From the NCBI GenBank assembly GCA_965248355.1, contig OZ252098.1, positions 3,584,001 to 3,648,000 on the forward strand: a DNA stretch of 64,000 nt, read 5' to 3'. The notes beneath the pieces were generated by a model. It ran no database searches. It saw only the letters and a list, made by a program, of their open reading frames with translations, and was not told the origin of the DNA. How positions within the stretch are numbered: the first letter of the stretch is position 1; every line of letters begins with the position of its first letter. Origin of the DNA: Candidatus Latescibacterota bacterium (GTDB lineage: Bacteria; Latescibacterota; UBA2968; UBA8231). This document shows, piece by piece, positions 52,493-62,553 of this stretch. The translations under genes and the position numbers were made by a program.

Positions 52493-53638
52493 GTGAGCCT
52501 CGACGTCGTCCAGCTCGCGGGCGCCGACTTCGACGAGGCCATGGAGTTCCTCAACGGCGTCTTCGGCGAGCACCGGCCCCACGACTTCGCCACCCTGCTG
52601 CCGTCGATCTACCAGCCCTCCGACGAGCACATGTCCTGCAATCACGCCCTGCGCGAGGACGGGCGGATCCGCGCCGTGGTCGGCCTGTTCCCCATCGACT
52701 GGCAGGTGGGGGACCGCCTGTTGAAGGTCGGCGGCATCGGGGGCGTTTCCACCCACCCCGGCGTCCGCGGCAAGGGATACATGGGGATCCTCATGCGCCA
52801 CTGCGTGGAACGCATGAAGGCGGAGGGTTTCCACCTCTCCTGGCTCGGCGGGCAGCGCCAGCGCTACGGGTACTTCGGCTACGAAAAATGCGGCCAGGCG
52901 GTCTCCGTCGACCTGGGGCCGGCCAACGTGCGGCACGCCTGTCCGTCGCCGGCCGACCTGCGCTTCGAGGCTCTCGAGCCCGGCCATTCCGATCGCCTGG
53001 AACAGGCCTGGCGGATGCACCAGGCGCAGGACGTGCATTGCCGGCGCCGCAAGCCCTGGTTCCACCGCTACCTGCGGGCCTGGTACAACCGCCCCCACGC
53101 GGCCCTCGACGCGTCCGGGGAGATGCTCGGTTACCTCGTGGCCAGCGGCGAGGGCGACCAGGTAACCGAGCTGGTCGGCCGGGACGAGGAGGCGGCCCTG
53201 GCCATGGCCGCCGCGTGGGTTCAGGCGCGCGGCGGCGGCTCCGTGCGCTTCGTCCTGCCGCCGGAGCAGCGGGGCCTGGTGCGCCGGCTGGGCGCCGTGG
53301 GGGAATCGGTGAGCGTGGGGTCCTCCGGGAACTGGCAGATCTTCGACTGGGCGGCGACCGTGGAGGCCCTGATGGGGGTCTGCGGGGGACTGCCGGAGGG
53401 GGAGGCCGACCTCGGCATCGAGGGCTGCGGCACGCTGAGGATGGGCGTGCGGGACGGAAGGCCCGAGTGCCTGCGCGAGGACGGCGGCGGCGGCGGCACC
53501 TGGGACTCCGGGACCGCCATGCGCGCCCTCTTCGGCCCGCTGGCACCGGACCAGGTGACGGTGGTGCCCCCGGCCCTGGCCGCGCTGCGCGCCTGGTGCC
53601 CGCTGCCCCTCGGCTGGCTGCGCCAGGACGGGGTCTAG
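52493..53638 (+). CDS. GNAT acetyltransferase, Eis-like
   Basis: GGIGGVSTHPGVRGKGYM, RYGYFGYEKCG; 381 aa. Confidence 0.85.
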   Translation: MSLDVVQLAGADFDEAMEFLNGVFGEHRPHDFATLLPSIYQPSDEHMSCNHALREDGRIRAVVGLFPIDWQVGDRLLKVGGIGGVSTHPGVRGKGYMGILMRHCVERMKAEGFHLSWLGGQRQRYGYFGYEKCGQAVSVDLGPANVRHACPSPADLRFEALEPGHSDRLEQAWRMHQAQDVHCRRRKPWFHRYLRAWYNRPHAALDASGEMLGYLVASGEGDQVTELVGRDEEAALAMAAAWVQARGGGSVRFVLPPEQRGLVRRLGAVGESVSVGSSGNWQIFDWAATVEALMGVCGGLPEGEADLGIEGCGTLRMGVRDGRPECLREDGGGGGTWDSGTAMRALFGPLAPDQVTVVPPALAALRAWCPLPLGWLRQDGV

Positions 53639-53716
53639 GGGCCTGGGGGCTCGGTCGAGAACTCAGCCGCGACCTGCCAGAGACGGCGGTCCCCCTCTCC
53701 GCAGGCCGGCACCTCC

Positions 53717-54706
53717 TCAGGCCCCCGCCTTCTCCAGCACCTCAGGGTTGACCACGTGACGGGGCCGGCGCCCCTGAAGCACCGCGACGATGTCCCGCGC
53801 CCCGACCTCGGCCATGCGGGTCCGGGCCGTGACCGTGTTCGAGCCGCTGTGGGGCGTCGCCACCACCTGGGCGAGGGCTGCGAGGCGCGCCGAGTCGCCG
53901 GCGGGCGGTTCCGTGGCCTGGCAGTCGAGACCCGCTCCGGCCAGGTGACCGTCCTCCAGGGCCGAGATCAGGGCCGCTTCGTCCACGAGACCGCCCCTGG
54001 CCGTGTTGATCAGCCAGCTCCCCGGCTTCATGCGGCGCAGGAAGCCGGCGTCGACGATGCGCGCGTTCTCCCCGGACATGGGCAGGTGCAGGCTGATCGC
54101 GTCGGCGCCGGCCAGCAGGCCCTCGAGGCTCACCGGCTCGGCGCCGATCTCGCGCAGCTCTTCGGGGGCGACCCAGGGGTCGTGGACCAGGACCCGCATG
54201 CGGAACCCGAGGGCCCGGCGAACGACCTCGACGCCGATGCGCCCGCAGCCGAGCAGGCCGAGGGTCATGGACGCCAGGTCCTCGCCCATGGCGACCTCGT
54301 AGCCGCCGGCCTTCACGCTGCGGTCGCCGGTGGAGAGGCCGCGCACCACGGCCAGCAGCAGGCCCATGGTGAGATCGGCCACGGCGTCGGCCATGACCCC
54401 GGGCGTGTAGGTGACGACGATCCCCCGCCGCGTGCAGTAGTCGACGTCGACCCGGTCGTAGCCCACACCGTTGCGGCACACGACCTTGAGCCTGTCGGCG
54501 CGGACCATGGTCGACTCGTTGAGGCGCTCGGCCCCTGCGAGGATGGCGTCGGCGCCGCTCAGGGCCGCGCGGGTGTCCTCGTCGAGCCAGTCGGGGCCGC
54601 CGTAGCGGTGCTCCCAGTCGATGCCCGCGGCGTCGAAGATCTCCGCCGAGGGCCGGCGGCCGGCGATGTCGAGGTTGACGGTGATGACGGCCCGTGGCCT
54701 GTCCAT
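53717..54706 (-). CDS. D-2-hydroxyacid / phosphoglycerate dehydrogenase family
   Basis: RNGVGYDRVD, GCGRIG, INTARGGLVDE, ATPHSG. Confidence 0.92.
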   Translation of the reverse strand: MDRPRAVITVNLDIAGRRPSAEIFDAAGIDWEHRYGGPDWLDEDTRAALSGADAILAGAERLNESTMVRADRLKVVCRNGVGYDRVDVDYCTRRGIVVTYTPGVMADAVADLTMGLLLAVVRGLSTGDRSVKAGGYEVAMGEDLASMTLGLLGCGRIGVEVVRRALGFRMRVLVHDPWVAPEELREIGAEPVSLEGLLAGADAISLHLPMSGENARIVDAGFLRRMKPGSWLINTARGGLVDEAALISALEDGHLAGAGLDCQATEPPAGDSARLAALAQVVATPHSGSNTVTARTRMAEVGARDIVAVLQGRRPRHVVNPEVLEKAGA

Positions 54707-54786
54707 GGACGCTCCTATATTTGGTCGCGGAATCGAGCGGCTGAATAAGGCCCGACCTTCAGCTCCGCGCCAACCGGAGGAGAACG

Positions 54787-55854
54787 ATGCTGCACCCGAC
54801 GGACGACCTGCGTATCGCCGGGATCAAGCCCCTGATCCCGCCGGCGATCCTCATGGAGGAGCTGCCCATCTCGGAGCCGGCCTCGGCCACGGTGAGCCGC
54901 CGCCGCGACGAGGTCCGGGCCGCCCTCGAAGGCCTCGACGACCGCCTGGTGGTGGTCGCCGGTCCGTGCTCCATCCACGAGCCCGAGTCCGCCCACGAGT
55001 ACGCGGACCGCCTGAGGGAGGCCGCCGGCCCCCTCGCCGGCGATCTGATCGTGCTCATGCGCGTCTACTTCGAGAAGCCGCGCACCACCGTGGGCTGGAA
55101 GGGCCTGATCAACGATCCCGGGCTCGACGACACCTTCCGCATCAACCAGGGCCTGCGCACGGCCCGCAAGCTGCTGCTCGACCTGGCCGATCTCGGCCTG
55201 GGCGCCGGCACCGAGTTCCTGGACACGATCACCCCGCAGTTCATCGCCGACCTGGTCTCCTGGGGGGCCATCGGCGCGCGCACCACCGAGAGCCAGGTCC
55301 ACCGCGAGCTGGCCTCGGGCCTGTCCATGCCGGTGGGCTTCAAGAACGGCACCGGCGGCAGCACCCAGCTGGCCGTCGACGCCATCAAGGCGGCGCAGGG
55401 GGCCCACCACTTCCTGTCCGTCACCAAGCAGGGGATCTCGGCGATCGTGGCCACCACGGGAAACGACGCCTGCCACGTGATCCTGCGCGGCGCCAGCGCC
55501 GGCCCCAACTACGATCGCGCCACCGTCGACGCCCTCGCGACCCGCCTCGACGAGGAGGGCCTGCCCCACCGGGTGATGATCGACTGCAGCCACGGCAACA
55601 GCGAGAAGGACCACCAGCGGCAGTCCGCCGTCGCCGCCCAGGTGGCGGACCAGATCGCCGCCGGGTCGGACCACATCTTCGGCGTCATGATGGAGAGCCA
55701 CCTGGTGGAGGGCCGCCAGGACCTCGTCCCGGGCCGGGCGCCGGTCTATGGGCAGAGCATCACCGACGCCTGCATGTCCTGGGAGCAGACGGCGCAGGTC
55801 CTGGAGCTGCTCGCAGAGGCGGTACGCCGGCGCCGCGCCGCCCGGACCGGTTGA
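54787..55854 (+). CDS. aroG: DAHP synthase, class I alpha (AroF/AroG/AroH type)
   Basis: GPCSIH, RVYFEKPRTTVGWKG, AIGARTTESQVHRE, DCSHGNS, YGQSITDAC. Confidence 0.95.
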   Translation: MLHPTDDLRIAGIKPLIPPAILMEELPISEPASATVSRRRDEVRAALEGLDDRLVVVAGPCSIHEPESAHEYADRLREAAGPLAGDLIVLMRVYFEKPRTTVGWKGLINDPGLDDTFRINQGLRTARKLLLDLADLGLGAGTEFLDTITPQFIADLVSWGAIGARTTESQVHRELASGLSMPVGFKNGTGGSTQLAVDAIKAAQGAHHFLSVTKQGISAIVATTGNDACHVILRGASAGPNYDRATVDALATRLDEEGLPHRVMIDCSHGNSEKDHQRQSAVAAQVADQIAAGSDHIFGVMMESHLVEGRQDLVPGRAPVYGQSITDACMSWEQTAQVLELLAEAVRRRRAARTG

Positions 55855-57089
55855 CCGGACCCGCCACCCGGCCCCCCCACGGCCCCCATCTCCAGGTGGG
55901 GCTGCTCTTCCTGTGCGAGGCCCTGACCCGCTCCTCGGCGGTCATCCTGCTGATCACGATGGGGCTGGCGGGGAGCCGCCTGACGCCGGACCCTTCCCTG
56001 ACGACGCTGCCCCTGGCGCTGGTTCCGGTGGCCACGACCCTGACCACCATTCCGGCGGCCCACTGGATGCGCCGCCACGGCCGCCGCGCCGGCTTCCTCA
56101 CCGGCGCCCTCCTCGGCGTCGGGGGAGCCTCGGTGGCCGCCTTGGCGGCCTGGCGGGGGGAGTTCTGGCTGCTCTGCGCCGGCGCCCTGCTCATCGGCTC
56201 GGTGAACGGATTCGCCACCTACTACCGGTTCGCCGCGGCCGAGGTCTCGACCCCCGAGTTCCGCAGCCGCGCCATCTCCCTGGTGATGGCCGGCGGCGTG
56301 ATCGCCGCGGTGGTCGGCTCCACGCTGGCCGCCGAGACCCGGTTCCTGTGGGCAGGCCGCGAGTTCGCCGGCTCCTTCGCCTGCATCATCGTGCTGCAGG
56401 CCCTGATCCTGCTCGTCATGTCCTTCGCCCGCCTGCCGGCTCCGGTTCCTCGGGCCGAGTCGGGAGGCGGCCGGCCGCTGTCGCGCATCGCCGCCCATCC
56501 CACCTTCCTCATGGCCCTTCTCGGCGCCGTGGCCAGTTGGGGGCTCATGTCCCTGCTGATGAACGCCACGCCCCTGTCCATGGAGCGTCACCACCACGAG
56601 TTCCACGACACGGCGCGGGTGATCCAGTGGCACGTGCTCGGCATGTACGTGCCCTCCTTCTTCACGGGAAGCCTCGTGCGGCGCGTGGGGGAACGTCCCG
56701 TCATGTTCGCCGGCATCCTGCTGATCGGCGTGGCCGCCCTCCTCAATCTCGGCGGCCCCGACCTGTCCTGGTACATGACCGGCCTGACCGTCCTCGGCGT
56801 GGGCTGGAACTTCCTGTTCGTCTCGTGCACGAGCCTGATCACCGGCACCTACTCCGGCGAAGGGGAGAAGACGCGAGTGCAATCGGCCAACGATTTCCTG
56901 ATCTTTGCCACCATGATCCTGTCCTCGTTCTCGGCCGGGGCCCTGGAGGCGCGCATCGGCTGGCACCAGCTGAACCAGGCCGCCCTGGTGGCGACCGCCC
57001 TGGTGGCGGCGGCCCTGGCCCGGCTGGCCTGGCGCGAGCGGCGAATGGCGGATGAGGAGGCGCGGCATGCGGCATCGGACCCTCGGTAG
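55851..57089 (+). CDS. MFS transporter
   Basis: ~12 TM segments, MRRHGRRAGF, YRFAAAE, IQWHVLGMYVPSF, GVGWNF; TTGA overlap. Confidence 0.9.
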   Translation: MTGPATRPPHGPHLQVGLLFLCEALTRSSAVILLITMGLAGSRLTPDPSLTTLPLALVPVATTLTTIPAAHWMRRHGRRAGFLTGALLGVGGASVAALAAWRGEFWLLCAGALLIGSVNGFATYYRFAAAEVSTPEFRSRAISLVMAGGVIAAVVGSTLAAETRFLWAGREFAGSFACIIVLQALILLVMSFARLPAPVPRAESGGGRPLSRIAAHPTFLMALLGAVASWGLMSLLMNATPLSMERHHHEFHDTARVIQWHVLGMYVPSFFTGSLVRRVGERPVMFAGILLIGVAALLNLGGPDLSWYMTGLTVLGVGWNFLFVSCTSLITGTYSGEGEKTRVQSANDFLIFATMILSSFSAGALEARIGWHQLNQAALVATALVAAALARLAWRERRMADEEARHAASDPR

Positions 57090-57972
57090 CGCCGGCCCCC
57101 GGATCCCCGTGATCGGCCTGGGCGCCTGGCCGATCGGGGGCGGCATGGGACAGATGGAAGAGTCGGAGGCGATCCGCACGGTGCGCGGCGCCATCGACGC
57201 CGGCGTCACCCTGGTGGACACGGCCCAGGCCTACGGCCCCAGCGAGTCGGTGGTCGGCAAGGCCCTGCGCGACGGCTACCGCGAGCGCTGCTTCCTGGCC
57301 ACCAAGGTCAGCGGCGACTACTCCCCCGCAGCGGTGCGCGCCGCCATGGAGAACTCCCTGCGCGCCCTCGGCGTCGACCACGTCGACCTCTACCAGGTGC
57401 ACTCCTGGCGCGGCGAGCGGGACCCCATCGAGGCGACCATGGCCGCCATGGCGCGCCTCCAGCAGGAGGGCAAGACCCGCCATCTGGGGGTCTCCAACTT
57501 CAACGCCGCGCAGATGCAGGCCGCCGCCGCCGTGGCCCCCTTCGTCTCCAGCCAGCCGCGGTACAACATGCTCGACCGCGAGATCGAGGCCGCCGACCTG
57601 CCGTGGTGCGAGGCCAACGGCGTCGGCAACCTGGCCCACAGCCCGCTGGCCAAGGGCCTGCTCACCGGCCGCTACGCCCCCGGCCACGTCTTCTCCGGCG
57701 ACGACGAGCGCTCCCGCTTCCCCCGGTTCCAGGGGGAGGTATTCGGCCGTTACTGCGCCGTGGCCGGGCGCCTGCGGGAGGTGGCCGCCGACAAGGGCCT
57801 CACCCTGGTGCAGATGGCCATCGCCTGGTGCCTGCGGCAGCCGGCGGTCAGCTGCGTCCTCGTCGGCGCCAAGAGCCCCGAGCAGGTGCGCGAGCACCTG
57901 GGCGCGGCGGAGGTCTCCTTCGACTCCGGCGAGCTGGACCGCATCGATGCCATCCTGCGGGACTCACCCTGA
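57067..57972 (+). CDS. Aldo/keto reductase
   Basis: IGLGAWPIGG, DTAQAYG, LATKV, VDLYQVH, GVSNF, SPLAKGLLTG. Confidence 0.93.
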   Translation: MRHRTLGSAGPRIPVIGLGAWPIGGGMGQMEESEAIRTVRGAIDAGVTLVDTAQAYGPSESVVGKALRDGYRERCFLATKVSGDYSPAAVRAAMENSLRALGVDHVDLYQVHSWRGERDPIEATMAAMARLQQEGKTRHLGVSNFNAAQMQAAAAVAPFVSSQPRYNMLDREIEAADLPWCEANGVGNLAHSPLAKGLLTGRYAPGHVFSGDDERSRFPRFQGEVFGRYCAVAGRLREVAADKGLTLVQMAIAWCLRQPAVSCVLVGAKSPEQVREHLGAAEVSFDSGELDRIDAILRDSP

Positions 57973-57980
57973 CCCCGTCC

Positions 57981-58442
57981 ATGGGCGAATCCGTGCGCCT
58001 GCGAGCCGCTCGGCCCGAAGACCTGGAGTCCCTGGTCGAGTTCAACTGCCGCCTGGCGCGGGAGACCGAGGACCACGAGCTGGACCTGGCGACCGTGCGC
58101 CGGGGTCTCTCCAGGCTCTTCGACAACCCCGCGGCCGGGTTCTACACCGTCGCCGAGCGGGAGGGCCGCGTCGTCGGCTGCCTGTTGATCACCTTCGAGT
58201 GGTCGGACTGGCGCGACGGCTGGCTGTGGTGGGTCCAGAGCGTGTACGTCGAGGCGGCGGCGCGGCGCCAGGGAGTGTTCCGGCGGCTCTTCGAGCACGT
58301 CCGGGCAAAGGCCGAAGCCGATGGCGACGTGCGCGGCCTGCGGCTCTACGTGGAGCGCGGGAACGCCCGCGCCCAGGCGGCGTACGCCTCCCTGGGCCTC
58401 CAGGAGGCGCCCTACAAGATGTATGAGCGGTTCTTCCCGTGA
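57981..58442 (+). CDS. GNAT acetyltransferase
   Basis: TFEWSDWRDG, QSVYV..RRQGVFRRL, RLYVERGNARAQ. Confidence 0.9.
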   Translation: MGESVRLRAARPEDLESLVEFNCRLARETEDHELDLATVRRGLSRLFDNPAAGFYTVAEREGRVVGCLLITFEWSDWRDGWLWWVQSVYVEAAARRQGVFRRLFEHVRAKAEADGDVRGLRLYVERGNARAQAAYASLGLQEAPYKMYERFFP

Positions 58443-58502
58443 GCCCTTGCCCCGATTCAGCCCCGCCCGCTTATTCGAGAAGCTGTTCCTGCACCGACAG
58501 AT

Positions 58503-58579
58503 GGCGGCGTAGCTCAGTTGGTTAGAGCATCGGAATCATAATCCGAGTGTCCGGGGTTCGAGTCCCTGCGCCGCTACCA
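58503..58579 (+). tRNA. tRNA-Met (CAT), elongator type
   Basis: GGCGGCG acceptor stem, D arm AGCTCAGTTGGTTAGAGC, anticodon arm TCGGA-ATCATAA-TCCGA, GGTTCGAGTCC, encoded CCA; lacks initiator GGG/CCC stem. Confidence 0.96.
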
Positions 58580-58592
58580 ACGCCCAGCCAGC

Positions 58593-58627
58593 AAGCCCCC
58601 GAGGATCGAGCCACCGGGGGCTTTGTT
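58593..58627 (+). terminator. Intrinsic terminator after the tRNA
   Basis: AAGCCCCCG..CGGGGGCTT stem followed by TGTT. Confidence 0.65.
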
Positions 58628-58654
58628 GCGTTCTGGGCATTGCTGTCTGAGCCC

Positions 58655-60214
58655 ATGACCGTGCGCGTGCAGAGGCAGGTAAGTCATCCCGGGGGCAGGG
58701 CCCGCGGCGAGGTGGCGGCCGTGGCACTGATCGCCCTGGCGCTGACCGGCTGCGGCTCGGAGCCGGAACTCCCCAGCGGGCCGGACCCCGATGGAACCGA
58801 TGGTCCCGTCACCCTCGCCTTTGCCGATTCGGCGTTGCAGGCGGCCGTGGACGAGTCCGGGGCCGGCGCCGAGGTGGTCTCCCTGATCGCCGAGGACCGG
58901 GGCATCGCCGACCTCGGCGGGATCGAGCAGCTCACCCGCCTCGAGGCCCTGGACCTGTCCCACAACGAGATCACCGACATCTCCCCCCTGGCCGGCCTTC
59001 AGCGGCTCCGCTTTCTCGACCTGGAGGGCAACCGCATCGAGGACGTTGCGCCGCTGGCCTCCCTGAAGCGGTTGCAGGTGCTGCTGCTGGCGGACAACGC
59101 GGTGCAGGATGTGTCGGCGCTTGCGGGACTGGACAGCCTGCAGAGCCTGGGTCTGACCGGGAATCCTCTGAGCGGCACGGAGACGACGGAGTTCCTGGCC
59201 GGGTTGCGTGAACGGGGCGTGACCGTGGACTTCGAGGCGCCGCCGGACCCCGGCGCGAGCGATGATGATGTCGATGATGTCGCGCCCCTGAAGGAGACGC
59301 AGTTGCTGTTCTCCTCGACCCGGGGCACGGGTTTCGAGGCCCACCCCGAGGTGTACTCCCTGAACCTGGAGACGGGAGCGGTGGTGGATCTGTCCGCCAT
59401 GCTGGCCCTGGCGCCGCTTGCGGACGGCTCGCTGCCGGAAAACGCGGACGCGGTGCAGCTGAGCGATGGCCGGCAACCGGCCCGGTCGCCCGACGGGTCG
59501 AGGGTGGCTCTTACTTCGCGCAGGGACCGCAACTACGAGATCTACGTGATGCGAGCCGACGGCAGCCGGCCGGAAAACCTCACTCGCCACGAGGCGTCGG
59601 ACGGGGATCCCTGCTGGTCCCCCGACGGTCGTCGAATCGCCTTCACGTCGGACCGCCACGGTGAGCGCGAGCGGGGCCCCACGGGGAGTGGCGTCTACAA
59701 CAGGGACATCTTCATCATGAAGGCCGACGGCACCGGCGTGCGGCAACTGACCTTCGATCCCGTGGAGGCTTGGGATCCGGCCTGGTCCCCCGACGGCCTG
59801 TCCATCGTCTACACCAGCTACCGGGATGTCCCCGACGGACCCCCGGCGATCTACCGCATCGACCTGGCCAGCGGCGTCGACCAACGCCTCTCCGGCAACG
59901 ACCGGTGGGTGAGGGATCCCTCCTGGTCCCCCGACGGCGCCTGGATCGCCTTTGTCACGGCATTCGATCGCGCGAGCCACGTATGGGTGATGGCCGCCGA
60001 CGGCAGCGGCGCCCGGCGGGTGACCTCCGCCGAGGCCTGGGACGGAGACCCCACCTGGTCCCCCGATGGCACCCGCATCGCCTTTGAACGCGACGACGAC
60101 CGGCGTGACGATGTGGGATGCGACATCTACATCGTCTCGGTTGAGAGCGGTGCGGAAGAGCGGATTACCGACCACCCGGGCGAGAACAGCGACCCGAACT
60201 GGACTCCCTTCTGA
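58655..60214 (+). CDS. Lipoprotein with internalin-like LRRs and TolB-like (PD40) beta-propeller
   Basis: Lipobox ALALTGC; LEALDLSHNEITDISPL-type repeats; repeated WSPDG motifs; start uncertain. Confidence 0.88.
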   Translation: MTVRVQRQVSHPGGRARGEVAAVALIALALTGCGSEPELPSGPDPDGTDGPVTLAFADSALQAAVDESGAGAEVVSLIAEDRGIADLGGIEQLTRLEALDLSHNEITDISPLAGLQRLRFLDLEGNRIEDVAPLASLKRLQVLLLADNAVQDVSALAGLDSLQSLGLTGNPLSGTETTEFLAGLRERGVTVDFEAPPDPGASDDDVDDVAPLKETQLLFSSTRGTGFEAHPEVYSLNLETGAVVDLSAMLALAPLADGSLPENADAVQLSDGRQPARSPDGSRVALTSRRDRNYEIYVMRADGSRPENLTRHEASDGDPCWSPDGRRIAFTSDRHGERERGPTGSGVYNRDIFIMKADGTGVRQLTFDPVEAWDPAWSPDGLSIVYTSYRDVPDGPPAIYRIDLASGVDQRLSGNDRWVRDPSWSPDGAWIAFVTAFDRASHVWVMAADGSGARRVTSAEAWDGDPTWSPDGTRIAFERDDDRRDDVGCDIYIVSVESGAEERITDHPGENSDPNWTPF

Positions 60215-60223
60215 GAGCATGCC

Positions 60224-61363
60224 ATGAAGATCACGGGAATCAAGTCGATGAAGATCCAGGGGGTGCCCTGGACCTGGACCCTGGTCAAGGTGGAGACCGA
60301 CGAGGGGATCTGCGGCATCGGCGAGGCGCAGCTGCCCATCGGGGTGGCCGACGTCCTGGGCCGCATCGAGCAGATCATCGCCGGCCAGGACCCGCGCCAG
60401 GTGATCCCGCTGGCGCAGAGGATATACCGGTCTCTCTCCGGCTCGGGGTCCACCGGCGGCAGCATCGTCCTCGCCCTGTCCGGGGTGGAGCTGGCCCTGT
60501 GGGACCTGCACGGCAAGATCACCGGGCTTCCCCTGTGGCAGCTGCTGGGCGGCAAGTACCGCGACCGGGTCCGGATCTACGCCGACACGGGCCGGCCCGG
60601 CGACCGGTCGCCCGAGGCCTACGGGGACGCCGTCCTCGAGCGGGTGGAAGCGGGCTACTCGGTGGTCAAGGTCGACATCGACAACTGCGCGCCGCCGGAG
60701 TACCGCACCGACCCCCACAACCGCGCCCTCTCCCGGCGCGAGGTCGACTACATGAGCGCGGTGAGCCACGCCGCCTACGAGGCCCTGCCCGACCACGCCG
60801 AGCTGTGCCTCGACCTGCACTGGTGCTACCAGACGGCCGACGCCCTGAGGGTGGCCCGCCGCCTGGAGGACATCGACATCCTCTGGCTCGAGGACCCGAC
60901 CCCGCCGGAGGACCTGGAGGCCCTGAAGTACGTCACCGACCACACCTCGGTGCCGATCGCCTGCGGCGAGAACCACTGGATGAGCCACGGCCTGCGGCCG
61001 ATGATCGAGCGCCGGGCGGCCGACATCATCACCCCCGACATCCCCCGCTTCGGGGGCATCCAGGAGGCCCGCAAGGTGGCGGAGTTGTGCGAGCAGCACC
61101 ACCTCGGCTTCGCTCCTCACAACATCTGCACGCCCGTGGGCACGGTGGCCTCCGCCCACGTGTGCGCCAACGCCCCCAACTTCCTCGCCCTCGAGCACCA
61201 CGGCCTCGACTGCCCCTGGTGGGACGACATCGCCGTCGACTGGGGCGGTCCCGTCGTCGACGGCGGTCACATCACGCTGCCGGACCGTCCTGGGATCGGG
61301 GTGGAGCTGAACGAGGAGCTGCTGCGGGCCCACCTCGCCGAGGGCGAGACCTGGTGGGACTGA
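60224..61363 (+). CDS. Mandelate racemase/muconate lactonizing enzyme family
   Basis: VETDEGICGIGE, ALWDLHGK, VKVD, DLH, WLEDP, CGEN, APHN, PGIGVE. Confidence 0.93.
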   Translation: MKITGIKSMKIQGVPWTWTLVKVETDEGICGIGEAQLPIGVADVLGRIEQIIAGQDPRQVIPLAQRIYRSLSGSGSTGGSIVLALSGVELALWDLHGKITGLPLWQLLGGKYRDRVRIYADTGRPGDRSPEAYGDAVLERVEAGYSVVKVDIDNCAPPEYRTDPHNRALSRREVDYMSAVSHAAYEALPDHAELCLDLHWCYQTADALRVARRLEDIDILWLEDPTPPEDLEALKYVTDHTSVPIACGENHWMSHGLRPMIERRAADIITPDIPRFGGIQEARKVAELCEQHHLGFAPHNICTPVGTVASAHVCANAPNFLALEHHGLDCPWWDDIAVDWGGPVVDGGHITLPDRPGIGVELNEELLRAHLAEGETWWD

Positions 61364-61384
61364 AGGGCTGAGGCCCCCCGGGTC

Positions 61385-62188
61385 CTACGGGCCGTCCACC
61401 CAGTGGCGGAAGAGGGGCTTCACGTCTTCGGGCAGCCCGGCGAACACCCCGGCCGGGACGAGGGGCACCTGGTTCTCCGACAACCCCCCCGCGGTGAGCC
61501 GGTCGCGCTCGTCCGATCGGGGGCGCAGGGAGTCCAGGTTCAGCCACCAGGGAGCGAAGCGGATCGGCATGGCCACCCGCGACTCGCCCGTCCGGTTCGG
61601 GCTGATGGCGTGCCACAGGCGGCTGTCCATGACCAGCACCGATCCGGCCGGACCCTCCACGGCGATCTCCTCCGGATGGGGCCGGTCCGGATCGACGTCG
61701 AGGCCGCCCGTGGGGTTGTTGTCCAGCCGGTGCGACCCCGGCACCACCCGGGTGCCCGTCTCGGCCGTGAAGGGCGTGAGCATCCAGATCGTCGTCAGGT
61801 GCAGCACGGCGTCGGCATAGGGGACGGGCACGTGCCCGGCGTTGTTCTGATTGAAGGGCCAGTCGGCGTGCCAGCCGCCCCGCGGGTTGCCCGGATGGGT
61901 GACCATGCAGGTGGTGTACGACACGCGCACGTGCTCGCCCAGGAGCGCCTTGCACACCCCCAGGAGGCGGGGCTCGACGAGGTAGGGGGCGAAGGACTGA
62001 TCGAAGTTGATCGTGCCCGACACCTTGTCCACATAACTGCGGGGGTCGTCGATCTTGTGTGCTTCCACCGAGGCCCGCAGGCTGGCGCAGACCTCGCCGA
62101 CGGCGTCGGCGGGGATCACCCCTTCGAGCACGCAGAATCCGTCCTCGGCGAGGCGGGTCAGGTAGGGGTCGATGGCGGGCATGGGCAT
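61385..62188 (-). CDS. Phytanoyl-CoA dioxygenase (PhyH) family
   Basis: DGFCVLEGVIP, WHADWP (HxD), VVPGSH, AGSVLVMDSRLWH..N..R. Confidence 0.9.
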   Translation of the reverse strand: MPMPAIDPYLTRLAEDGFCVLEGVIPADAVGEVCASLRASVEAHKIDDPRSYVDKVSGTINFDQSFAPYLVEPRLLGVCKALLGEHVRVSYTTCMVTHPGNPRGGWHADWPFNQNNAGHVPVPYADAVLHLTTIWMLTPFTAETGTRVVPGSHRLDNNPTGGLDVDPDRPHPEEIAVEGPAGSVLVMDSRLWHAISPNRTGESRVAMPIRFAPWWLNLDSLRPRSDERDRLTAGGLSENQVPLVPAGVFAGLPEDVKPLFRHWVDGP

Positions 62189-62495
62189 CTCCGAGAGCTG
62201 GACGGCCGAGGGCGGAGCAGGCAGACAGGATAGAAGCCCCGCCGGCCCCGGGCAACGCTCGGCCCGGGTGCTGCCGGCCAGGAACTCGGCCAGGCCCTCC
62301 GAAGCGGTCGGGCCCGCCGGCGCCGGCGCCCTTGGCGGCCCCCGCCATCCGGCATGTCCCCCCGAAGCCACAGCTCCGTTACCCAGGCCACGCAACCAGT
62401 GCCCGCGCATGCTCCGCGGAGGACCGTGCCCTTCCGCAGCCGATCTTCAGACGCCCCAGGAAGTTAGCGCCACCTCCACCGGGATCGCGGCGGGC

Positions 62496-62511
62496 TGGCA
62501 CGCCCGCTGCT
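62496..62511 (+). promoter_or_regulatory. Putative sigma54 (-24/-12) promoter
   Basis: TGGCAC-GCCCG-CTGCT with correct GG/GC spacing, ~40 nt upstream of AGGAGG-ATG. Confidence 0.6.
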
Positions 62512-62553
62512 TCGGCACGGCCTCCACCACTTCCCGGCCAGGAGGATCGTGCC

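Noticed and set aside
58503..58579. tRNA-Met as attachment site of a prophage or ICE
   Set aside because: No integrase and no duplicated tRNA 3' end seen in the window
59600..60075. Repeated TGGTCCCCCGACGG units resembling an array
   Set aside because: They encode WSPDG of PD40 repeats within one ORF; spacing and context are not CRISPR-like
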